This document shows, in pieces, positions 33,509 to 44,585 of a stretch of DNA of 44,585 nucleotides (position 1 is the first letter of the stretch; the number at the start of each line of letters is the position of its first letter). This DNA is from Macrostomum lignano (lineage: Eukaryota): assembly GCA_002269645.1 (NCBI GenBank), contig NIVC01000462.1:1-44585 (forward strand). The letters are read 5' to 3'. The position numbers and the translations under genes are program-made. The notes below the pieces were generated by a model. It worked only from the letters and a program-made list of their open reading frames with translations, was not told the origin of the DNA and ran no database searches.

Positions 33509-35003
33509 ACGGGGTTTCCCCGATGATTTCAACCAACAAAGCAGAATTCAAGTACCAGTTTATCGAGTTGAAGGTCCCGCATGCGCTGGCGATAAACTCA
33601 AAGTCCATCGTGGATTTGTAGTGGCTTCAATTGCCAGTGGAAAACCGGTGAACAGAGTGGAAAATGGCTGGGGTGCTCCAGCTGCTCAGGCGGCAGTAGT
33701 ATCTAGCAGCTTTTTTTCCGAGTGGAAAATGCCAGAGAGCATCAAAGGCTGACTGGAGCGAACCGGCTCCACACAATGGCGGCAGTGCCCGGGGTGGCGC
33801 GCAGCTGGGATGCTTTTATTTGAACGCTGGCTGCAGCTCGCGTGTGACCCAGAGCCTCGCTGAGTGCTCGCCTGTCAGTGATGGAGAAGATTCTCAGCCA
33901 GGGTGGCCAGTTGGCCGCTTCCACTGGCGGGTGTGCAGCCTGCCGCTGCTGGTGTCCTTCATGTCCGCCTTCCACACCATGGCGCCGATATATGTGCTCT
34001 ACGACCCGCCGCACAGGTGAGCCGCTACTGAGCACTGGCTGTGCTCAAACTGCATGCATAATTAGGCGCTAACACCTGCTGCTTATGCAACTCAAGAACT
34101 ATATTTGAGATTGGTAGGATTCTATGTTGCTTTAACATCTTACTTCAATTCCATGTCCTGTGACTAAAAATCATTAAAATTACACAGTTTGACTCCCTCC
34201 CTCATTTTATGAATCTTTTTATCGCGCTTTGTACACAGGGCATTACGTAGGATAAAAATTTATCAAAGAAGTCCTTGGTGCAGCTGTGTGAATGGACTGC
34301 TCTATGCACAAAGCAACTTTAATCCTTTCAACTGCTCGTGGGGAGCATGCACTCTAAGAACGCTCTGAAGGTCAAAATCAGTTAATTCATTCGTGACGGG
34401 CCGTCACGCAGTTTTCAACTATTTGGATGAGGGGCACTGCAGCAACAGGTGGCGGCATGAAGCTGTGCTGAGCGCGCAAGTGCAGCGAAACCCCTTGAAT
34501 ACTATGGAAATTTCCTTCCAACATCCATTGCCTACCTTCACATCCATCCGGGGAATTCCCTCCAGCTCAAAGACGCAAAACTAAGCGGCGCGGTGGACGG
34601 TGGGGCCGGGGGCTGCCAGCCGGTGGCGGCACAATGCCCAGCTGCAGAGAGCAAAACTTTTCCTGCCATTTGAGTAGTTCGGCTCTGAGTACTTATTATG
34701 CTACGCCACTGAGCTTACAGTTTCATTTCTCTGTGGCAGAAAGGCTGGCTGGAGTACCAGCTTGTTCTCTGTCGAGGAAAGTGCAGACAGACTCCTGCAA
34801 TTCTGTGTAGATTGGCCGGGGAGCGGGTCATTTTGCCACCGTGTCTACAGACGCATTTATGACTGAATCAAACTGGTTCGTGATCTCTACACCCACACAC
34901 AATGCTTTTAGTAGTAGAGCGCATCAAAATTCGGTTTTTTCTTTTAATCTATGTTTGCTCATAAGATTGATCCACAAGTTGAAGCATCAATTACAACAGA
35001 GTC

Positions 35004-35464
35004 AGGTTGCCGATATGTAGAGTAAACAAATTCTGTGGAGTCATGTTGCCGATATGTAGAGTAAACAAGTTCACTGGGGTCAAGTTGCCGATATGTAGAG
35101 TAAACAAGTTCACTGGGGTCAAGTTGCCGATATGTAGAGTAAACAAGTTCACTGGGGTCAAGTTGCCGATATGTAGAGTAAACAAGTTCACTGGGGTCAA
35201 GTTGCCGATATGTAGAGTAAACAAGTTCACTGGGGTCAAGTTGCCGATATGTAGAGTAAACAAGTTCTGTGGGGTCAAGTTGCCGATATGTAGAGTAAAC
35301 AAGTTCACTGGGGTCAAGTTGCCGATATGTAGAGTAAACAAGTTCTGGGGTCAAGTTGCCGATATGTAGAGTAAACAAGTTCACTGGGGTCAAGTTGCCG
35401 ATATGTAGAGTAAACAAGTTCACTGGGGTCAAGTTGCCGATATGTAGAGTAAACAAGTTCTGTG
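35004..35464. repeat. 39-bp minisatellite (GCCGATATGTAGAGTAAACAAGTTCACTGGGGTCAAGTT), SLC22 copy 1 intron 1
   Basis: About 12 units. Confidence 0.95.
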
Positions 35465-36480
35465 TAGACAAGGAAATTCACCATTTATATAAAATTCTAA
35501 GTAGTCGTAAATCTATATGTAGAGCTGGGGCTCTCAAGTTAATTTCGGATGTAATTAAGTTTACTATACATGCCACATCTACAGCATTATGGGTAAGAGA
35601 GACAAACAGACAGAGGAGCACTTGCTCAGAGATAGACTGTGACGGCAGTTTGGGATACTAATATGAAACTCAACTGAGATTATGAGCCTCGTAAGCCTCA
35701 CAGTACTTCCTACAAGTGCTCACTGATAGTTTCTCCCCAAAATCTCAAAACATTTTCCATAGATTTCGAGTGTCGCGTCCTGTATATACGAGCGTACGTT
35801 GCTTTAGTTGTCCTTGTGTTAAGTGCTCACTCTGCAACTCCGTGATCCTTTCCCGCATCCCAGGTGCCGCCTGCCCGAGGACTCCGGCTGGCACGCCAAC
35901 GACAGCCTGCTGGCGCAGAGCTCCGAGCACAACGCCAGCATCCTGCAGTTCCAGCCGGAGCTGGACGCAAACGACACGAACCTGCGACAGCATCGCTGCT
36001 TCATCCGAGTCAACGACAGCCTCCAGGCCTGCTCAGACTGAGTCTTCGACACGGAAGAGTTCGACAGCACGCTGGTCACCGAGGTGAGTCCGGTAGCGGC
36101 CTGCGCCGGTTCTGCACTGGAGTTTATCTCTTAAGGAAAATCCATTATACTGAAAATTTATATTTAAAAGCAAAAAGCATCCCCTGAAAGCCAGCTGTTT
36201 ACGAGCTAGCCTATGATATCAGATCCCCTTTGAGCTTTAAATCAACCCCATGAGCCACAGCATTTCAGCTATTCCCTAGGGCCTTAAAATCACAGCATTT
36301 TCTCACGTGAGCCTTGACAACTCAAGCCTTTGAGCAGTCTTGTTTCACCTTCTTGCTGCCCTGAATCCCTGCAGCTCGGCCTTGTCTGCCGGAAGCGCCA
36401 CTGGGCAACCGTCATCGCAACCTGCAGCTTCGCCGGCATCCTGGGGGGAATCATGCTGTCCGGTTTCTTGGCTGACTGGT

Positions 36481-36988
36481 GAGACCTGACCCCTGAGACT
36501 GAGACCTGACCCCTGAGACTGAGACCTGACCCCTGAGACTGAGACCTGACCCCTGAGACTAAGACCTGACCCCTGAGACTGAGACCTGACCCCTGAGACT
36601 GAGACCTGACCCCTGAGACTAAGACCTGACCCCTGAGACTGAGACCTGACCCCTGAGACTGAGACCTGACCCCTGAGACTGAGACCTGACTCCTGAGACT
36701 GAGACCTGACCCTTGAGACTGAGACCTGACCCCTGAGACTGAGACCTGACCCCTGAGACTGTGACCTGACCCCTGAGACTGAGACCTGACCCCTGAGACT
36801 GAGACCTGACCCCTGAGACTGAGACCTGACCCCTGAGACTGAGACCTGACTCCTGAGACTGAGACCTGACCCCTGAGACTGAGACCTGACTCCTGAGACT
36901 GAGACCTGACCCCTGAGACTGAGACCTGACCCTTGAGACTGAGACCTGACTCCTGAGACTGAGACCTGACCCTTGAGACTGAGACCTG
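36481..36988. repeat. 20-bp minisatellite (GAGACCTGACCCCTGAGACT), SLC22 copy 1 intron 3, starting at the donor
   Basis: About 25 units beginning at GT|GAGACC (36479). Confidence 0.96.
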
Positions 36989-37322
36989 AAGCCTCACGGA
37001 CAGCATCATCACTCGGCGCGGCTCCAAAACCCGTCCAACGCAAACCGAACCCTCCTGACCACCTGGCAGGCTGGGCAGGCGGGTCAGCCTCATCGTCACC
37101 ATTTGGGTGCTGGTCGCGGCGCAGCTGGCCGGCCTGTTCGCCGTCTCCGTCACCTTCACCGCCGCCGTCCGCTTCCTGATCGGCCTGGGCGCGCTGTCAT
37201 CGTATTCGGTGGCGTACGTCATGATCTTCGAGTTCGTTGGACCGAAGGCGCGGCACCATGTGGCTGCGGTGTTCGGCTACAGCTGGTCACTCGGCACCGC
37301 GGCGGTCGCGCTGATGGCCTAC

Positions 37323-37465
37323 CTGACCAGGTGACTGTCCTGTCATTGCCAGATGGTGACCCCTGCTGACCAGGTGACTGTCCTGCCATTGCTTGTTGGT
37401 GACCCCTGCTGACCAGGTGACTGTCCTGTCATTGCCAGTTGGTGACCCCTGCTGACCCAGTGACC
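37323..37465. repeat. 43-bp tandem repeat containing the exon-4 donor (CTGACCAG|GTGACT), 3 copies plus a degenerate one
   Basis: Donor GT at 37331, 37374 and 37417. Confidence 0.9.
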
Positions 37466-38131
37466 CATAAACCGTTGATCAAAGACCCGCTGCTCCCTCG
37501 GCTCCGCAGGTCCTGGCGCAACTATGCCATCGCCTCGCTGGTGCCGACCGTCGCGCTGCTGCTGCTGGTGCACCTGCCCTGCATGGCGCCGGAGACTCCG
37601 CGCTGGCTGCTGTCGCGCGGCCGGAAACGCGCCGCCGGCCGCATCGTCCACCAGATGCTGCTGGACAACGGGCGAACCGGCGAGCAGGCCAGAGCCGCCG
37701 TCAAGGAGTTGCTCGGCGACAGTGGTGACGAGAAGGACGACGGAAAAACGACGGCGTCGGACGGTCGGCACTCGATGCGGCGGTCGCTGGGGCTGCTGGC
37801 CAGGAGCCTCCGGCTGCTGCTGCGGTACGGCATCGTCTGCTTCGACTGGTGAGGCCCAGCGAGGTCCCTCAATGGGGCCAAACGTGGCCTACGATGGGAG
37901 TTTTGGTGCCCTGGTGTCAGACAAGGACTACCAGCAGTTACCGCTGTATACTGGTACCTGAACTGTAGATGGCGGCCTCTCTCCACAATGAGTTCATATC
38001 CGACAGTTAGTCTTCGCAGTTTCAGATTCCCATCTCAGCAACTTCTAGTGGTCCTTGGTTTCCGAATGCGAGTAGAGCAGGTCTGAAGGTTTCCTGGTGG
38101 CAGCTCTGATTCAGTCTAAAATATTGCAGAT

Positions 38132-38397
38132 TAGGTTGCAGGTTGCAGGTTGTAGGTTGCAGGCTGCAGGTTGTAGATTGCAGGTTGCAGGTTGCAGTTT
38201 GCAGGTTGCAGGTTGCAGGTTGCAGGTTGCAGGTTGCAGGTTGCAGGTTGCAGGTTGCAGGTTGCAGGTTGCAGGTTGCAGGTTGCAGGTTGCAGGTTGC
38301 AAGTTGCAGGTTGCAGGTTGCAGGTTGCAGGTTGCAGATTGCAGGTTGCAGATTGCAGGTTGCAGATTGCAGGTTGCAGGTTGCAGGTTGCAGGTTG
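38132..38397. repeat. (CAGGTTG)n heptamer microsatellite
   Basis: About 38 units. Confidence 0.96.
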
Positions 38398-38888
38398 GGC
38401 ATTGGAAGCCGTCATTAATGCCAATGGTTTTCTATCCCCGCATATCCCCGCATATCCCCGCAGTCCGAAGACGGACGAGATCAGGGTGGCGGAGGCCGCT
38501 GGCCGGCAGCTACTGGCGAAGGCCAAGGCGGAGGAGGCCTGACTGACAGGCGGCGGACTCGAAACTCGGACCGAGGGAACTCAGTCGGGCTCCAATGCGT
38601 CTTCTTGTGTTGCTCAATTTCTCTTGTAACTTTTTACTGCACCCCATTGTGCAGCTTCTTTCTTGTGTTCCTCTGACTTCTGCTTTGCTATCCATTGCTA
38701 TCCAGTGCCTCCGTGTTAGTGTATGATCCGCGATAAAATTACAGAATTGGTTACGTATTGTGCTGTCTAGAGGCTCTGGTGCCGACCCAGAACTCTGTTG
38801 AATTGGTTGTTAAAGTGTTTAAATTCTTTTGAGTCTTCTCATACCGGATGGCGCTTGTAACTCCGAAAGATGGCGCACTTGTAGTTGA

Positions 38889-39678
38889 GGGGGCCCATTG
38901 ATGCCAGCCAATCCGCTTCCGGACATTTGCCCTCCGGCACTTCCCCTCCGGCACTTGCCCTCCGGCACTTCCCCTCGGCGGCGTTTGCCCTCCGGACATT
39001 TGCCCTCCGGGACATTTCCCCTCCGGACATTTGCCCTCCGGACATTTGCCCTCCGGACATTTGCCCTCCGGACATTTCCCCTCCGCACATTTGCCCTCTG
39101 CAAATTTACCCCCTCGCACATTACTCACCTCACCTCCTCCTGTACCCACCCGTCGTTCCTCCAGCACCAACCTCATCCTCCCGCCTCTTACATCCATCAG
39201 GTTCTTCTCCAGCCAACAACTCATCCTTTTCTAGTAAGCAATATATACCCGCGCCCTACCCTATCCCCAGCCTTACCTGTACTTTTCCAGAGGGGAAATG
39301 TCCGGAGGGCAAATGTCCGGAGGGGAAATGTCCCCGAGGGCAAATGTCCCCGAGGGCAAATGTCCGGAGGGCAAACGTCCGGAGGGCAAATGTCCGGAGG
39401 GGAAATGCCGGAGGGCAAATGTCCGGAGGGCAAATGCCGGAGGGCAAATGTCCGGTAGCCCAGCCAATCACATGCGGCCCCCGCCGAGTCAGCCAGCGCG
39501 AGGCAGAGATTAAGGACAGATAAGGAGAGGGGGCCCATTGATGCCAGCCAATCACATGCGGCCCCCGCCGAGTCAGCCAGCGCGAGGCAGAGATTAAGGA
39601 CAGATAAGAGGGGGCCCATTGATGCCAGCCAATCACATGCGGCCCCCGCCGAGTCAGCCAGCGCGAGGCAGAGATTAA
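38889..39678. repeat. ~81-bp tandem repeat (GGGCCCATTGATGCCAGCCAATCACATGCGGCCCCCGCCGAGTCAGCC..), 3 copies, the first interrupted by the foldback element
   Basis: Unit starts at ~38890, ~39530 and ~39611. Confidence 0.88.
38914..39460. mobile_element. 547-bp foldback/MITE-like element (MULE-type) with subrepeat-built TIRs and a 9-bp TSD CAGCCAATC
   Basis: Left arm (CCGGACATTTGCCCT)n at 38914-~39105 is inverted relative to right arm (AGGGCAAATGTCCGG)n at ~39289-39460. TSD at 38905-38913 and 39461-39469. Uninterrupted host units downstream carry a single CAGCCAATC. Confidence 0.9.
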
Positions 39679-40892
39679 AGAACGTATCTGTGCCATCCTT
39701 TGCTAGTGTACAACGTTCTGTGCTGTTAATTCGTTCTTGGTTCTGATCTTCTACAGGCAGAAATACCGGAATACCTGTTTTCAGGCCCAGCTGATTGACT
39801 GTCGGCCCTCGCAGTTAAATCGGCCCCTTGCATGGAGCCGCTCCTGATTGCAAAATCAAGCTTGAAAATTCTCATGCTCCAATTAAAAAGATCAAAGCAG
39901 AACAATGTCTATTTGGACTCACTACCGACGCGCACTTGTTACACGATTGCAGCTGAGGCTAACATTATTCAGGTGCGAGCGGCTTCATTTGCGAGTAGAC
40001 TTGCCTTGTAAGCTGCCCGCTTAAACTAAAGAGAGGAAAGAGAAAAGGTGGATACGACGAGTGCAGATGAGGCGCCCGCACGCTCGGCTTGAGAACAGCC
40101 CGAGTTCTCTTGCCTGTTGAGAGTTTTTAAGTGCACCGCCCCGTGACGTGGCCACCATCAACAATAAAGCGCCACAATGTCCAAAGTGGCGCCGGCACGG
40201 CTGACCCACAGCAAACGCAGGGCTGCACCACCTGCTTGACTGCTTTTCAACTTGGCTTTATGGCTGGGAACAGAGAATTCTAGTAATTTTGCAGCGATTT
40301 CGGCGCCATCATCCCGCAACCAGCGCTAAGGCAGTTCTGCCGACTGCGCTGACCGGCATGAGCACACAAGCGCGCGGATAGGCGTGCGCAGCGGCCCTGA
40401 CCTTCTAATTGTGTGCGACATGTACACTCTCTGTGCCTTCGGGTTGGCCCCCAAGGGTGCGAATCGCACGACAAGGCCTCGGCCGATTGCGCTGAGGGAC
40501 GAGAAGGATCTCCTGGAGACAGTCAGGGAGGGGACAGAGGGCTGAGACTGAGAAATGGTCCGGAGGAAAGTCAGGATTGGAGCCAACGCATGCTGCAAGA
40601 TCTGCTAGGAGGCTGGGTAGATGTGATGGGGAGGGTGACGCAGCGGGCCCTGGAGAGAATGCAGAGCGCGACAGGAGAGACGGCCTCACAATGGTAAAAT
40701 TGTAGCACTTGGGTTTGGCATCACCGAGCCTGCTGCTGTCTGCGGGTTTGGGCGGCGGGACAGAGAAAAGCCGGTGGCGAACAATGCCGGCCTTTCATCG
40801 CATAAGTAGTGCGGCTGGCTGCTATTTCGCTTTTTTCTTTCGTTTCTCTTCTCTGCCTCGCCCTCTAAGCCCCCTGATCGCCTTCGCTGGCC

Positions 40893-43192
40893 ATGGAGCG
40901 AGTGTTTCAGCAGAACAGCCACTTCGGCCGCTTCCAGCTGAAGGTGACCGCCGTTGCGGTGCTCATCTCGCTGCTGGCCGCCTTCCACATCCTGGCTCCC
41001 ATCTACGTGCTGTACGACCCGCCGCAGTTCAGGTCAGGCTGAGTTGCGCCTCAGGGTCGGCTTTGTCGCTTAGGGAAGGGGGGTCGCAGCGAGATGCGCG
41101 CAAAACTTGGCCTGCAGCTTGTCGTGCGGTTCTTGAGAGCCGACCTTCAATTGCACAGCAAGTTTACCCTGTGTGAGCCTGTGCCGGCGTACGCATCCGT
41201 GTGCGAGTGCTTGCTTAGATGTCAGTAGCATTGTGCACCACTGCTCACCCAGCACCCTGAGCCCTTCGCAAGTTAACTAAGCATTTTTAGTAACCTCTTG
41301 GTTTCGGTCTCAGATTTAGACTGTCGGTCTCAGACTTAGACTGTCGGTCTCAGATTTACATGTAGACTGTCGGTCTCAGATTTAGACTGTCGGTCTCAGA
41401 TTAAGACTGTCGGTCTCAGATTTAGACTGTCGGTCTCAGATTTAGACTGTCGGTCTCAGATTTAGACTGTCGGTCTCAGATTAAGACTGTCGGTCTCAGA
41501 CTTAGACTGTCGGTCTCAGACTTAGACTGTCGGTCTCAGACTTAGACTGTCGGTCTCAGATTTAGACTGTCGGTCTCAGATTTAGACTGTCGGTCTCAGA
41601 TTTAGACTGTCGGTCTCAGATTTAGACTGTCGGTCTCAGATTTAGACTGTCGGTCTCAGATTTAGACTGTCGGTCTCAGATTTAGACTGTCGGTCTCAGA
41701 TTTATTTAGACTGTCGGTCTCAGATTTAGACTGTCGGTTTCAGATTTAGACTGTCGGTCTCAGATTTAGACTGTCGGTCTCAGATTTAGACTGTCGGTCT
41801 CAGATTTAGACTGTCGGTCTCAGATTTAGACTGTCGGTCTCAGATTAAGACTGTCGGTCTCAGATTTAGACTGTCGGTCTCAGATTTAGACTGTCGGTCT
41901 CAGATTTAGACTGTCGGTCTCAGATTTAGACTGTCGGTCTCGGATTTAGACTGTCGGTCTCGGATTTAGACTGTCGGTCTCAGATTAGACTGTCGGTCTT
42001 GGATTTAAAATATCGCTCATCCTCCCTGCTTCGCAGGTGCCGCCTGCCCGAGGACTCCGGCTGGCACGCCAACGACAGCCTGCTGGCGCAGAGCTCCGAG
42101 CACAACGCCAGCATCCTGCAGTTCCAGCCGGAGCTGGACGCAAACGACACGAATCTGCGACAGCATCGCTGCTTCATTCGAGTCAACGACAGCCTCCAGG
42201 CCTGCTCAGACTGGGTCTTCGACACGGAAGAGTTCGACAGCACGCTGGTCACCGAGGTGAGTCCGGCAGAGGCTTGAGGTGTCTGCAATCCTGGCGGTGC
42301 CTCCAGTTCAGCAGCCGTGCAGCAATGCTCGAGAGAGCGCACGAGAGCTGGAAAATTGGAGCCTGTGTGTGTCCTCAAGTCCTAATTTTGCGTTCTTTTT
42401 ATATCATTTTCAGCTCGGCCTGGTCTGCGACAACAGCCACTGGGCAACCGTCATCTCAACCTGCAGCTTCGCCGGCATCCTGGTGGGAATCGTGCTGTCC
42501 GGCCTCCTGGCTGACTGGTGAGAGCCGACCCGCTGGCCCCTTCAAGTCCGAGGCTTACTGAAGCCTTTAGTCAGTCCGGCCCTTCTCGAGTTTCTGGGCC
42601 GGCTTTTTGTCAGTCCGGCTTCTGTTTAACTGAAAGTGTCGGGCTCCGGCGCCCACTGGGCGGGGTTTTTGTGCAGTTTTATTAGATATCCGTGTTGCCA
42701 TAGCAATCTAAGAGAATTTTACCTATCGTTACGCAACTTGCGCAGCCTTTTATGTCACTAATCGCACCAGTCGCATTCCTGACAACCGCGTTGGCGAGCC
42801 AATTTTTTAAAGTACAGAATTATCTAGGAGCTCAGCAGCCCTTGCCGCCTTGGCGACGCTGATAAGCCGCTTCACGGCCCTCAATTTTCTGACTACGTTG
42901 ACAATCAAAGCCTCGCTGACCCGATCCTCAGGCTGGGGCGGCGCGTCACCCTCATCGTCACGATGTGGCTGCTGACGGGGGCGCAGCTGGCCGGCCTGTT
43001 CGCCGTCTCCGTCGCCTACACCGCCGCCGTCCGCTTCTTCGTCGGCTTGGGCGCGCTGTCATCATCCACCGTCGTGTACGTCATGATCCTCGAGTTGGTG
43101 GGGTCCAGGGCGCGGCACCACGTGACTGCGGCTTTCGGCTACGGCTGGTCGGTCGGCACTGCCATTGTGGCTCTGGTGGCCTACCTGACCCG
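40893..43192 (+). CDS. SLC22-like organic cation/anion MFS transporter, copy 2 (3'-partial, continues beyond the window). Exons 40893-41032, 42037-42256, 42414-42517, 42932-43192
   Basis: MERVFQQNSHFGRFQ..; CSDWVFDTEEFDSTLVTE|LGLVCD; GLLADW|LGRR; LELVGSRAR. Open and phase-consistent; exons 2-4 have the same lengths as in copy 1 (220, 104, 261 nt). Confidence 0.9.
41304..42001. repeat. 20-bp minisatellite (TCGGTCTCAGATTTAGACTG), SLC22 copy 2 intron 1
   Basis: About 34 highly homogeneous units. Confidence 0.96.
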
Positions 43193-43346
43193 GTGAGACC
43201 CAGTTCTCTTGGAAACAATTTGTGCAGTTTTAGCAGTATTTGTAAGTCCCACTCGAACCAGCTCTGAGCAGGAGGCTCAGGACTCCAGACTCAGCACAGC
43301 ACAAGTGTTCAGAGCACGCAGCCAGCCAGCCTTCTCTTAAGCTTGC

Positions 43347-44467
43347 ATGGGGGAGGGCTCACTGATCAAGCCATGAGGAAGGGAGGGCTCACTGATCAAG
43401 CCATGGGAAGGGAGGGCTCACTGATCAAGCCATGGGGAAGGGAGGGCTCACTGATCAAGCCATGGGGAAGGGAGGGCTCACTGATCAAGCCATGGGGAAG
43501 GAGGGCTCACTGATCAAGCCATGGGAAGGGAGGGCTCACTGATCAAGCCATGGGGAAGGGAGGGCTCACTGATCAAGCCATGGGTGAGGGCTCACTGATC
43601 AAGCCATGGGGAGGGGCTCACTGATCAAGCCATGGGGAAGGGAGGGCTCACTGATCAAGCCATCGGGAAGGGAGGGCTCACTGATCAAGCCATGGGTGAG
43701 AGCTCACTGATCAAGCCATGGGGGGCCCATGGGGAGGGCTCACTGATCAAGCCATGGGGGGAGGGCTCACTGATCAAGCCATGGGGAGAGCTCACTGATC
43801 AAGCCATGGGGAAGGGCCCATGGGGGAGGGCTCACTGATCAAGCCATGGGGAAGGGAGGGCTCACTGATCAAGCCATGGGAAGGGAGGGCTCACTGATCA
43901 AGCCATGGGGAAGGGCCCATGGGGGAGGGCTCACTGATCAAGCCATGGGGAAGGGAGGGCTCACTGATCAAGCCATGGGGAAGGGAGGGCTCACTGATCA
44001 AGCCATGGGGAAGGGAGGGCTCACTGATCAAGCCATGGGGAAGGGAGGGCTCACTGATCAAGCCATGGGAAGGGAGGGCTCACTGATCAAGCCATGGGGA
44101 AGGGAGGGCTCACTGATCAAGCCATGGGGAAGGGAGGGCTCACTGATCAAGCCATGGGGAGGGAGTCACTGATCAAGCCATGGGTGAGGGCTCACTGATC
44201 AAGCCATGGGGAAGGGAGGGCTCACTGATCAAGCCATGGGGAAGGGAGGGCTCACTAATCAAGCCATGAGGGAGGGCTCACTCACTGATCAAGCTATGGG
44301 GAAGGGAGGGCTCACTGATCAAGCCATGGAGGAGGGCTCACTGATCAAGCTATGGGGAAGGCCCATGGGGAGGGCTCACTGATCAAGCCATGGGGAAGGG
44401 AGGGCTCACTGATCAAGCCATGGGGAAGGGAGGGCTCACTGATCAAGCCATGGGAGGGCTCACTGAT
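43347..44467. repeat. 30-31 bp G-rich minisatellite (GGGAAGGGAGGGCTCACTGATCAAGCCATG), SLC22 copy 2 intron 4
   Basis: About 36 units. Confidence 0.96.
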
Positions 44468-44585
44468 TAAAATCGGGCGCCGAAATAAATCTTTTCCATA
44501 GGGAATCCCTCTCGTAGTTGCTGAGCCGCCGTCTGCAAACAGATGGCAACAACGGAAAACAATGGCATTGGCGCTTTGCTTTTAG

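Larger units (their letters stand above)
33881..38542 (+). pseudogene. SLC22-like organic cation/anion MFS transporter, copy 1, apparently disabled. Exons 33881-34016, 35864-36083, 36375-36478, 37070-37330, 37510-37848, and a possible terminal exon 38464-38542
   Basis: SLC22 motifs (F)GRF, FDSTLVTE|LGLVC, FLADW|LGRR, EFVGPKAR and PETPRWL. Lesions: 1-nt deletion at 33911-33912; TGA at 36039-36041 replacing the conserved Trp (TGG in copy 2); no exons seen for TM7-12. Confidence 0.8.

Noticed and set aside
36039-36041. Selenocysteine or readthrough at the in-frame TGAs of SLC22 copy 1 and the Penelope ORF (12334-12336)
   Set aside because: The SLC22 position is a conserved Trp (TGG in the paralog), both loci carry other signs of decay, and no SECIS was evident.

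Overview
Eukaryotic (animal) genomic DNA with GC-rich exons, GT-AG introns and AT-rich intergenic stretches; about 12-13 kb (~28%) is minisatellite. The style suggests a free-living flatworm such as Macrostomum (inference only). All seven cellular gene models are on the + strand: a 9-exon multi-C2H2 zinc-finger gene (5' end probably outside the window), EEPD1, CDK5, TBL3/UTP13, MED27, and two tandem SLC22-like MFS transporter copies. The first SLC22 copy is disabled; the second runs off the window. Mobile DNA comprises a 5'-truncated Penelope-like retroelement (RT + GIY-YIG) with 932-bp inverted arms, each carrying a hammerhead-ribozyme fold, and two non-autonomous TIR elements with target-site duplications. 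Most notable: (1) MED27 has no genomic start codon but a phase-0 acceptor exactly where a flatworm spliced-leader AUG would supply one, within a candidate CDK5-TBL3-MED27 operon-like run; (2) the two hammerheads each carry a different core mutation; (3) 9 of 13 substitutions between the Penelope arms are CpG transitions; (4) exon 2 is homogenised between otherwise diverged SLC22 paralogs; (5) some minisatellites amplify 5' splice sites. Several single-base frameshifts in C-runs look like sequencing-consensus errors. All coordinates were read by eye; repeat boundaries are approximate.
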